A stretch of DNA of 63,142 bases, counting the filler, from Stramenopiles sp. TOSAG23-3 (taxonomy: Eukaryota), in NCBI GenBank assembly GCA_900128585.1. It is 12 parts of 12 records of this genome, joined end to end, with 100 filler letters (N's around TTAATTAATTAA, not from the genome) between each part and the next. Parts side by side here need not be neighbours in the genome. Positions count along the whole stretch, not along the records: positions 1 to 7,231 come from LT643182.1; positions 7,332 to 14,553 come from LT643183.1; 10 more parts are not named here. One strand, 5' to 3'. This document shows positions 1 through 8,473 of the stretch, in pieces; positions within the stretch are counted from its first letter, which is position 1; each line of letters starts with the position of its first letter. The notes beneath the pieces are model-generated. The model did not search any database and was not told the origin of the DNA. It worked only from the letters and a program-made list of their open reading frames with translations. The position numbers and the translations under genes are program-made.

Positions 1-1
1 A

Positions 2-3000
2 GAAGAAAAAATCAGAACCATGGCAGCAATTATAATTCAGTGTGCGTGGCGTGGATACACTGCTCGTAGAAAAGTTAGAACTTTGCTCTCTGAAAGAGAA
101 ATCAGAACCATGGCAGCAATTATAATTCAGTGTGCGTGGCGTCAATACACTGCGACACCACTGCTGCATGGAAAAGTTAGAGCTTTGCAAAGTGCAGCAA
201 TTAAAATTCAACGTGCATGGTCACAACATTTCCTTCAACTTAAGATTAAAGAATTGAAAACGTTGCAACAAATTGCCATTGATGGTGACTTTGAGTTAAT
301 CGTGGGAATGAGTGAAATTGTAGATGATATTAACCTGACGGTTGTACTCGACAAAAATATGACTTTATTTCATATACTTATAAAATATTTAGAAGTTGAA
401 CGTAATGTGACGAAAATTGACCCAGCAAAAATTATTTCCTACATAAGAAAAAAAACAGGAGACGGGCTGCTCTTTGAAAAAGGAGGGTTGTACAACCAAA
501 CACCGTTAATGATGGCATTAAATTTGGGTCTGAAAGGAGTAGTGGACGAAATATTAAATGGCAGTGGTGAAAACATAATTCACGAGAAAGATATAAATGG
601 ATATAAAGAGAAAGATATAAATGTAATGATACTTCATGCAGCCAAAAGTGGATTTGAAGACATTGTCGAAATTTTGTTGAAAAAAAATAGTAACAGTGTT
701 CAGGGTGTAGATAACTGTGGCAGAACACCACTCCATGTTGCTGTCAAAGCTAATCATGCAAATATTGTGCAATGTTTGTTGAGCGATACAAGGGTCAGAG
801 ATAAAATTATCAACCAAAGCGATGCATTTGGCTTTACACCATTAGAATTAGCATTGAAGCAAGGGCGCAAAGCGGAAAAGGTTGAACGAATCCTGAAATC
901 CATGGGTGCCACTGCTGGCCTTCAGAAAAATGTTTACCCATACTTTGAAGATTATACAACCATCTTGAAAATACCAATGGATATGCCCGATGGTATCAAG
1001 GTTGTACATAACAAAATAAATGGTATATTAGCCAGTCTAGAAAGTGTCCCCAATGATTCCAAGCATGGGATTAAGTTTCTTGATCCAGATTTTGGACCAA
1101 ATTCGTTTAAAGATAATGTAGACGATAAAGACGGAGCAAAGGCATTGTATATGAATGGAAAGGTACCTCCTGCAGTTGGCAACTCATCATACCCTTCACC
1201 CGATGACATACGTTGGAAAAGACCAATCTGGTCGAAAGGGGAACGGCTCTGGACAAATTCTGAAGACAGTGAAACTGATGAAGAGGAAGACTCTATAGAA
1301 GACGAAGATGTCGACGAAGATGACGAATATTGCGAATATGACGACGAATATGACGGTGACGTTGTATTCAAAAATATCAAGTTATTCAAAAATGTTAGTC
1401 CCATGGATCCCATTCAAGGTAAGCTTGGTTGTCCTTGGCTCATAGCCGCACTTTCAAGTTTAGCGACTCATCCATCAAACATTTTTACATGTTTTTGTAT
1501 ATCAATTCAAGGCGGGGAAATGGTTTTACTAGATTCACCTGGGCTATTGACAAAATGCAAGGACCATGGAATTTTTTGTTGCCGTTTTACAATAGAGTCC
1601 GATTATTTCTTTGTCATTATAGATGATCGTATACCTTGCTCAGGTCGGGCGGGTCGCCCTGTGTTTGCACGTAGTAGAGATGACGATGTATGGTGGGTAC
1701 CACTGATAGAAAAGGCTTATGCGAAATTGCACAAATCATATGATTCGTTGAAAGGTGGCTATAACGACTATGCATTTAACACATTGGCAAATATGCCAGC
1801 GGAACAAATTGTTTTACGCAAAAGCCATCGAGGTTATACTTCGAGCACAGGAGAAGTGTTAGACGCCGATGAATTTATGTATGATCAAAGGGCCATTAAA
1901 GATACATCGATTGTCGAAATTAACAAACCTCCATCATTTTGCAACAGAATTCTCCAATTACACGAAAATGGGTGTTATTTGGGCTGTTCTATTCAACCAG
2001 ACCCACATGGGGATTCTATTCCTTCTGGGGGGCTCAATGGACTCCGCCAAAGGCATTCTTATTCGATACTTGGCGTTTATAAAATTGAATGGAACGGTGA
2101 AGAAGATATTAAAAACTTTTACAAAGATCTGTCAGACATTTTCAAGGCTTATGGCCCGGAAATTATTACGTTGGGGGAAAATCATCGGGAAAATCGTTGG
2201 GAACACCAGATACAAAAAATGGTCAATGAGTCGAATCAAGAGATTAATTCTGCTGACACCAGGCAAACGCGTGGATTAGAGGATAAGCTGAAGATGGAAC
2301 GTGAAAGCGGCTTAATTTATTGGATATTACTTTATCATTATGGTAAGGCAGATTTCGACATTGCAAAAAAAGATGTCTGTTTTGGAATCGGCAATATTTT
2401 TTACGACCTGTACGAATCGGAGTGGAAAAACAATGATATATATCAGAAATACAAAGAACGTATGAGCAAACTTCACCGGAAGTTTTTATATTTTGTAACC
2501 TGCAGAAACCCTTGTGGAAAATGTGAATTGAAAAGAAAAATGCCATGGGGCGATGATCAATTACCTTTATTCTTCAGGGATAAATTATACACCCATCGCA
2601 TTAAAAAAGGAAGCCAAGTTCATTTTTCACTTGGAAGGGATGATGGTATTTTCCATATGGAGTACTCCGATTGGAAAACCTATTTTACAAAATTATTCTG
2701 CGGCTTGAAGATTTCGAATCAATGTAACGGCGAAAACATTTGGTTTCGCAAGAAAAGTATTAAAGGTGTATGGAATGCAAATAATAGTGGCGGCGGAATA
2801 CATTTGAAAACATGGTGTACAAATCCAAAATATAAACTTCGTGTGAAAGCAAAAACAAAATTTTTCATTTCCTTGGCCCAATGTAAATGTCGTATGAAGT
2901 ATGGCAAAAGTTACTTGCAACACCAAGAGCCTATAGGCTTTCATATTGTTAAAGCATCCCCATTATTAGAAAGACCGCCACCGTATAGCAGCACTTCAAA

Positions 3001-3427
3001 AACAAAAGTAGACTTTACGAAACTGAAAATTGATTGTGAAAACCCTTCAAACCAATGTCAACCATTGTACAAGTTTAATCATAATACCACATGCTGGTTT
3101 CAACTGCCCAGTGACAGTGTATATTATGTTGTACCAAGCACGTATAGGCGCAAGGCACTTGTAAAAATTCCATTTGTACTGGATGTATGGGGCTCAATTG
3201 ACAATGGTCTTGATGAAAATAATTCATGGTCAATAGAGATGGACCAACCATCTAAGAAAACAACAACAGAAGAAACGGACAAAGAAGAAGAAACGAACAA
3301 AGAAGAAGAAACGGACAAAGAAGAAGAAACGAACAAAGAAGAAGATAGGATAAAGCATGTGATAGACACAATATTTAAGCAATCGGAAGCTGATAAGAAG
3401 ACGGACGAGGAAATGTTCCTAACTTGA
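2..3427 (+). CDS. Calpain-like protein: IQ motifs + ankyrin repeats + CysPc catalytic core + domain III (CBSW); probably 5'-partial
   Basis: IQ motifs (IIIQCAWRGY, IIIQCAWRQY, IKIQRAW); ankyrin repeats (GRTPLHVAV, GFTPLELAL); calpain motifs FLDPDFGP, PIQGKLGCPWLIAALSSL, IIDDRIP, WVPLIEKAYAKLHKSYDSLKGG, HSYSILGV, RNPCG; domain III GVWNANNSGGG..TWCTNPKYKL. Frame is open from base 2 and the first IQ unit is a 90-bp duplicate, so the gene probably starts upstream of the window. Confidence 0.88.
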   Translation, partial: EEKIRTMAAIIIQCAWRGYTARRKVRTLLSEREIRTMAAIIIQCAWRQYTATPLLHGKVRALQSAAIKIQRAWSQHFLQLKIKELKTLQQIAIDGDFELIVGMSEIVDDINLTVVLDKNMTLFHILIKYLEVERNVTKIDPAKIISYIRKKTGDGLLFEKGGLYNQTPLMMALNLGLKGVVDEILNGSGENIIHEKDINGYKEKDINVMILHAAKSGFEDIVEILLKKNSNSVQGVDNCGRTPLHVAVKANHANIVQCLLSDTRVRDKIINQSDAFGFTPLELALKQGRKAEKVERILKSMGATAGLQKNVYPYFEDYTTILKIPMDMPDGIKVVHNKINGILASLESVPNDSKHGIKFLDPDFGPNSFKDNVDDKDGAKALYMNGKVPPAVGNSSYPSPDDIRWKRPIWSKGERLWTNSEDSETDEEEDSIEDEDVDEDDEYCEYDDEYDGDVVFKNIKLFKNVSPMDPIQGKLGCPWLIAALSSLATHPSNIFTCFCISIQGGEMVLLDSPGLLTKCKDHGIFCCRFTIESDYFFVIIDDRIPCSGRAGRPVFARSRDDDVWWVPLIEKAYAKLHKSYDSLKGGYNDYAFNTLANMPAEQIVLRKSHRGYTSSTGEVLDADEFMYDQRAIKDTSIVEINKPPSFCNRILQLHENGCYLGCSIQPDPHGDSIPSGGLNGLRQRHSYSILGVYKIEWNGEEDIKNFYKDLSDIFKAYGPEIITLGENHRENRWEHQIQKMVNESNQEINSADTRQTRGLEDKLKMERESGLIYWILLYHYGKADFDIAKKDVCFGIGNIFYDLYESEWKNNDIYQKYKERMSKLHRKFLYFVTCRNPCGKCELKRKMPWGDDQLPLFFRDKLYTHRIKKGSQVHFSLGRDDGIFHMEYSDWKTYFTKLFCGLKISNQCNGENIWFRKKSIKGVWNANNSGGGIHLKTWCTNPKYKLRVKAKTKFFISLAQCKCRMKYGKSYLQHQEPIGFHIVKASPLLERPPPYSSTSKTKVDFTKLKIDCENPSNQCQPLYKFNHNTTCWFQLPSDSVYYVVPSTYRRKALVKIPFVLDVWGSIDNGLDENNSWSIEMDQPSKKTTTEETDKEEETNKEEETDKEEETNKEEDRIKHVIDTIFKQSEADKKTDEEMFLT
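3268..3345 (+). repeat. 18-bp coding tandem repeat (EETDKE/EETNKE) in the calpain C-terminus
   Basis: About four copies of agaagaaacg(g/a)acaaaga read directly from the sequence. Confidence 0.85.
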
Positions 3428-3991
3428 ATTAATGGAGAAGGCAGGCATTTTGATGATTCCGCAGGAGATAAATTCGTTTACCGGCTATTTAGTATAGAGA
3501 TTATGTTAGGTTGTTTTATTTGGGTTGTGTTGGGGGAGGGAACAAACGATGATTTTTTGGTAGTCAAAATATGCTACATGCTCTGGTGGTTGTTTTTTTT
3601 TGGCACCAAAGCCTATTTTAGTATATCCTATGTTGTATAGGGTGTAGAGGGTGTAATCTAAATTAATATTTTGCAGCATGTATAATTTTTATAATATTTA
3701 TTAGTCTACCAATAAAAATATATCATCCCAGACGTCTTCTGTCCTACTCTCTGATCTCTGATAACAACACACTATAATAAACATTATAGTCGTCGTCTAC
3801 TTCTATATTATATATTATTTCAATTATAATAATGACATATTAATGTATATTATAATACAATAATACTATACTCTACCTACATCATGCTATCTATTGTATT
3901 TTTAAGATATGAATTATACAAGAGACACCGTACAGTACTACATCCAAAGTGGTGCACATGTAAATAGCGCATTCTTCTTCTTCTTCTTCTT

Positions 3992-4469
3992 CTCTTCGAC
4001 TTCTAGGTACTTCGTACCGAAGAAGGTCGAATAGAACTCCGAGGTAGATATAAGATAGTTAGGATAAAAGCTAACGATCATTACCATTGTATTCCTATGT
4101 ATAGAAACGTTAACATGCGATTAGCATGTCGTTGTCTCCGGAAAACAATGATAACGATCCAAAAAAGAAAAAAAAAGAAATGACTGGATGAGAGGACTAA
4201 CAGAACGAACCACTAGTCTCTTTTTCCAGACTATTAACCGTCACGACGGTTATATCGTACTGAAGATTTAAAATCCTCTGTACGACCTACTCTTTGCCGC
4301 TTTCTCCTCATTATCCTTTGAGCGGAACACAACTCATAATAACAAGGAGCAAGGGAAGGAGAAGTATTTGGTGACGGTGGGCGGGAAGATAGTTTATCCT
4401 AACTATCTTATATCTACCTCGGAGTTCTATTCGACCTTCTTCGGTACGAAGTACCTAGAAGTCGAAGAG
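3992..4469. repeat. Perfect 77-bp inverted repeat pair (3992-4068 / 4393-4469): DIRS 3' terminus and internal complementary region
   Basis: ctcttcgacttctaggtac...gatagttaggataaa and its exact reverse complement tttatcctaactatc...gtacctagaagtcgaagag; the outer arm abuts a (TTC)n tract at 3972-3991. Confidence 0.95.
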
Positions 4470-4963
4470 CCGACCCTTGAAAAACGCAAAAAGAAAAAAC
4501 TCTAACGAACGGCCGCCTCGGAAACCGATGCAGTAACGCGTGTCCCTAACGTGTTCAGGGTTGCTGACTCTGTTAACGTCAGGGCATGCACTCATGATGC
4601 ATGTCTACTTAATGCCTCATGGCTCTTTCGAACGACTCAAAAAAAATTTTTATCTAAAACCACAAAATATGTAAATATTTCGTACATAACAACTGTCAGC
4701 GTCGCAATGGCGCGCTTCCTCGATGTTTAACTAATATGGTGTAACCGAAGGTGCAACAACTCACCTCCTTTTACGACGACGGACTAATCCGTGTCTAAGA
4801 ACAACTAACCAACTAACAAGTGGTGTGATTCGATCTCTGGGTACTCTTCTTCGCCAGGAAAGTAGATATTAGGACTACTGTCACCCGCCATTTACGGTCA
4901 GGTCCAGGGACTAACGTGATCGCGGAGTTGGAAGGGTCTGGCGTACCAGAACCACGACGTCTC

Positions 4964-6130
4964 TCAGGAATCATTGCCCTTGCGTGTTGCGGTGCAAAAT
5001 GAATATGAAACGCCTTTCATTTCCAGTTTTATTGCTTTCCGTATCTGTGCATCTGTGACTTTGTGAGTCAACCGCAACGTCGTCGAGGTACTGCTGCTTG
5101 TTGAGCAGTTCAACTCGCGTTGAGTTAGCCCAAGAATGCTGTCGATATTCTTCTTCAGCTGTCGGGCCTTCTCGGATCCATCCAAGAGCTTCATACCGGC
5201 GCGCACCGCGGCGGAAAAGCTAGGGTCGTCCAAGGTTGGACACGGGTCAGGGGACGTCTTCCGGTAATGTTTTCGGAAAGTCTTAATGGAATCCCACAGA
5301 CCGTAATTGCATATTTGCGTGTCGCTCGAGCCAACGTCATGCGCTTTCGAGCTTGACATATGGCGAGCTTCTCGGGGAAATGCTCCCTTGACCCCTGCCG
5401 CCAGTAGTGATATACGAAACACTTTACTGAGGCGTTGGGAGCCAATCGATATGAACTTCAGAGATCCGGATTCCCTGTGTTTACAGCGCTTCAAGCTGGT
5501 GAAGACTGGAGCGGAGCGCAGGTGATCCGCTTCGTTCTCAGTGCGAAGGGTACGAAGCTCTGCTAGCGCTTGAATGACGCACGAGTTCGACGACTTAGAC
5601 TGAGAAAGAGATATAGGTCTTGATTTCGCTCCGAAGTCCTTCTCAGAATTCGTTGAAGGGTCAAGGGCCAACCAGACTCTTGCATCGTTTGTAAGCATGG
5701 AAAATTGTGCCAAAACTCGAAGATTACGCACGGGTCCCACAACTGCGAATCTGCGCTAGCGTTTTTAAGACCGACTTTCGGATTTCCTGACGCTGCGTGT
5801 TCACGCAGTTGAGCGTTTAGAAAATTTCTCGCGACTGAGCTTGACTTCACCAGAGCTGCTAGCCTGGGAAGAGTGGGGTCGATCATTCCCCCTGTCTCGA
5901 ACGTTGTGCAAACTGCACTATTGTGCATCCTGTAGATTGCGCGGGAGTGGATCGTTCTCATCTCACCGAAACCGTTCCATATCTCCTTTAAGAATTGCGC
6001 ATGCTTATGGATTGAAATATTCCACTCAGGGTTTGAAATATCGTCCGGTTCGTATTCACGACTGAAGACGACCCATCTAGCCCATGGAAGCTCATACTTA
6101 CGATCCGCTTTTTCACTTCGGGCGCCGACA
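4964..6130 (-). pseudogene. DIRS tyrosine recombinase split over two frames
   Basis: N-terminal part lies in the frame of ORF 5563..7002 (RKYELPWARWVVF ... LWDPCVIFEFW). C-terminal part lies in the frame of ORF 4964..5740 (SCVIQAL, SQRLSKVFRISLLAAGV, REARHMSSSKA..G, GLWDSIKTFRKHY with the presumed catalytic Tyr). The frame switches between about 5740 and 5600. Confidence 0.72.
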
Positions 6131-7229
6131 AACTGAGTTTTGAAATCTGCTCTTGTCCATGACGAATTACTCTTTTCGATCCTGAGATTTTCCAAGCTAC
6201 TAATTCTTGCCTCATGTGAAATCGCTTTGATCTCTGTTTCTCTTCGTCGTTGTCGATAATTAATGTCCGGCTGTCCTTCACAAGAACTGACGGAAACCCC
6301 GCTACCATTGACATTAACTGGGGCCACCACGGCGCCGACGGCCACATCGGGGTTACGACTAGTACCTTCTTCTTGGCTGAGCGGATGACGTACTCGAGAA
6401 ATTCGAGAATTTGGTGAAACAGCGGTAGAAACACTTCGGTAACTCTGTGGCGATTCAGGAGCCATTTCGCAATTATCGGGTTCAGACGGAACTTTGGGTT
6501 TGTCCCCCTTGAGAACCCGTCCACCCCCAGCTCTATTATATCGATTCCGGGGCAATGGTACGTCATGATTCTGATGTTCCTCTCTATGAGGCACCACTCC
6601 AAGAATTCCCGTGTTAGGCGATCCAACAACGGGATCCGGCCGCCATGCTTGTTTAAATAAAACGCGCTCGTCGTGTTGTCCGATAACACTCCTATTGATA
6701 TGTTCCTTAGATCGTGATGTCGAATGAAATATGTTGCGGTGATAATATCTGCTCGTAGCTCTCGTTCGTTCGACGATTTCTCCTTCCCGTTCTGCCAAAC
6801 TGCCTGGATTGCCTCCAGCGTGTCGAGACACAAACCGCCTATACCGAATTCCGCGGCGTCGTCTGCTAGTAATGTGGATATCATCGCTTCCGATATTCTC
6901 ACTCGTTTGTCTTTGGGGACGAATACGGCGTTGAGCGTCGAGTTCCACAACATTCCGTAGAACACGATACAATGTTCCGGACGGGCCTGTGATTTCTTCC
7001 ACGAGATAAGGAGCCCCAGGCTTACAAGGAAATCGATGACAAAACGCGTTGCTCTCACGTGTTGAGACATCGAACGTGTCATCACCACTAAGTCGTCCAT
7101 TATTCTGACCATCCGAAAGCCTTCCTGGCGAATTCGCGCGTCGACCGGGCGTAGCAATTTTTCCATCACCCGTGGTGCGTCTCGGAGGCCGAAAACTATT
7201 GTCTGCGCTTGTAAAATAATGGGTTCGGA
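5988..7229 (-). CDS. DIRS pol: reverse transcriptase (C-terminal part) + RNase H + methyltransferase-like domain, 5'-truncated
   Basis: Frame is open to the contig end. RT: VFGLRDAPRV, RIMDDLVVM, ISWKKSQARP..IVFYGMLWNS. RNase H: DDAAEFGIGG, SSNERELRA, VLSDNTTSAFYLNKHGG, HCPGID..VDGFSR. DIRS MT-like: VLVVTPMWPSAPWWPQL. Confidence 0.85.
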   Translation of the reverse strand, partial: SEPIILQAQTIVFGLRDAPRVMEKLLRPVDARIRQEGFRMVRIMDDLVVMTRSMSQHVRATRFVIDFLVSLGLLISWKKSQARPEHCIVFYGMLWNSTLNAVFVPKDKRVRISEAMISTLLADDAAEFGIGGLCLDTLEAIQAVWQNGKEKSSNERELRADIITATYFIRHHDLRNISIGVLSDNTTSAFYLNKHGGRIPLLDRLTREFLEWCLIERNIRIMTYHCPGIDIIELGVDGFSRGTNPKFRLNPIIAKWLLNRHRVTEVFLPLFHQILEFLEYVIRSAKKKVLVVTPMWPSAPWWPQLMSMVAGFPSVLVKDSRTLIIDNDEEKQRSKRFHMRQELVAWKISGSKRVIRHGQEQISKLSLSAPEVKKRIVSMSFHGLDGSSSVVNTNRTIFQTLSGIFQSISMRNS

Positions 7230-7231
7230 TG

Positions 7232-7331
7232 NNNNNNNNNNNNNNNNNNNNNNNNNNNNNNNNNNNNNNNNNNNNTTAATTAATTAANNNNNNNNNNNNN
7301 NNNNNNNNNNNNNNNNNNNNNNNNNNNNNNN
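7232..7331. other. Artificial contig-joining linker N44-TTAATTAATTAA-N44 (stops in all six frames)
   Basis: Identical 100-bp linkers also at 14554, 21874, 29185, 36494, 43799, 51093, 58382, 59573, 60764 and 61954; flanking contigs decrease in length. A separate plain 160-N scaffold gap lies at 15634-15793. Confidence 0.98.
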
Positions 7332-7333
7332 GA

Positions 7334-8128
7334 AAAACGTTTCTTGCGCCGATCCGAGTGTTTGAGTTTGAAAAATTGGAAAAGAAGCGCATAAAGATCG
7401 AGCAGCAGTACAAGCAAGGGGGGACTGGGCTAGGTTCGGCCGTCTGGGACGGCGCGTTTGTCTTGGGCGAGTACCTTCAAAGGGAAGAGCCGGACGTTTT
7501 GAAGAATAAGTGTGTCGTGGAAATAGGCGCCGGGCTCGGCCTCGTTTCTATTGTGGCGTCCCATATGAAAGCTGCGCAGGTCATTGCTACGGATGGCGAC
7601 GTCAACCTGTTTCCTATGATTCAGAAAAACATGGAAGCGAACGGGGTCTCGGCAGTGTTGGCAGCAGCGAATAATGGAACGGCGACAGGCCAGCGGAATT
7701 CAAGCACCCAGGTTTTGCCATTGCACTGGGGGAACGAAACTGAAATTCAGCAGGTGAAAGAAAGTTGTACTGGCGGCCAGGTTGACGTCCTGCTCGCCGC
7801 AGACGTCGTCTTTGAGCACGACCCGGAGAAACAGACAAAGGACGACCTTCACAAATCCGGGCTCACTTTCGACAGCCTCGTGTCGACCTTCACATCCCTG
7901 TCGAACCCGGACACCACATTGTTCCTGGCATACAAACACCGGTATCGACGGGAAAACAGTTTTTTCAAAAAAGTAAAAGAACATTTCACTTTAAACGCCG
8001 TTTCAAGGGCAAAGATTCACCGGGATTTTCTTTCCAGCAAAATTAAAATCTACAAAATGAAACGAACGAATGCAAAACGACATTCAGAGAACAAGAAGAT
8101 GATCAACAAAGAAGAAGATGAGTTGTAA
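7334..8128 (+). CDS. Protein-lysine methyltransferase, METTL21/Methyltransf_16 family, 5'-partial
   Basis: GSAVWDGAFVL, motif I VVEIGAGLGLVSI, VIATDG, LHWGN, LLAADVVF; frame open to the contig start. Confidence 0.9.
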   Translation, partial: KTFLAPIRVFEFEKLEKKRIKIEQQYKQGGTGLGSAVWDGAFVLGEYLQREEPDVLKNKCVVEIGAGLGLVSIVASHMKAAQVIATDGDVNLFPMIQKNMEANGVSAVLAAANNGTATGQRNSSTQVLPLHWGNETEIQQVKESCTGGQVDVLLAADVVFEHDPEKQTKDDLHKSGLTFDSLVSTFTSLSNPDTTLFLAYKHRYRRENSFFKKVKEHFTLNAVSRAKIHRDFLSSKIKIYKMKRTNAKRHSENKKMINKEEDEL

Positions 8129-8473
8129 AAAACAACCCATCGTCCGCAACCACCTTCCTACTTCCTTAAATACCTTAAATATTTTGTGTGAAGAACCGTT
8201 ATTATTATATTAATAAATATATTAATATTTTGGCCGGCCGGCCATTTATGGAATGAAAACTTGGATTTGAATTTTTCTTTATTTGGTATTAGAAATGAAA
8301 TAAACCACGAGTCAGGTTCAAAAATTGACTGACGGGGTCTCATCTCGTCGATAGATACAGGGTCAGGACCTGGGTTCTAGTCTAGTAGAATATACACAGA
8401 AAAGTTTAGGAGTCCGGCCCGTCGTTGCTGGCGAGAAAAGCACGTCGAAGGGGAGGCAAGGCGCAAGGGAACA

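Larger units (their letters stand above)
3992..7231 (-). mobile_element. DIRS-type tyrosine-recombinase retrotransposon, 3' portion, degenerate, truncated by the contig end
   Basis: Overlapping RT-RNaseH-MT and YR reading frames on the minus strand. A 77-bp terminal segment (3992-4068) is exactly complementary to an internal segment (4393-4469), the ICR arrangement typical of DIRS1-group elements. Confidence 0.85.

Noticed and set aside
7276-7287. Recurrent TTAATTAATTAA palindrome
   Set aside because: Always centred in N44 flanks; an artificial six-frame-stop linker, not biology.
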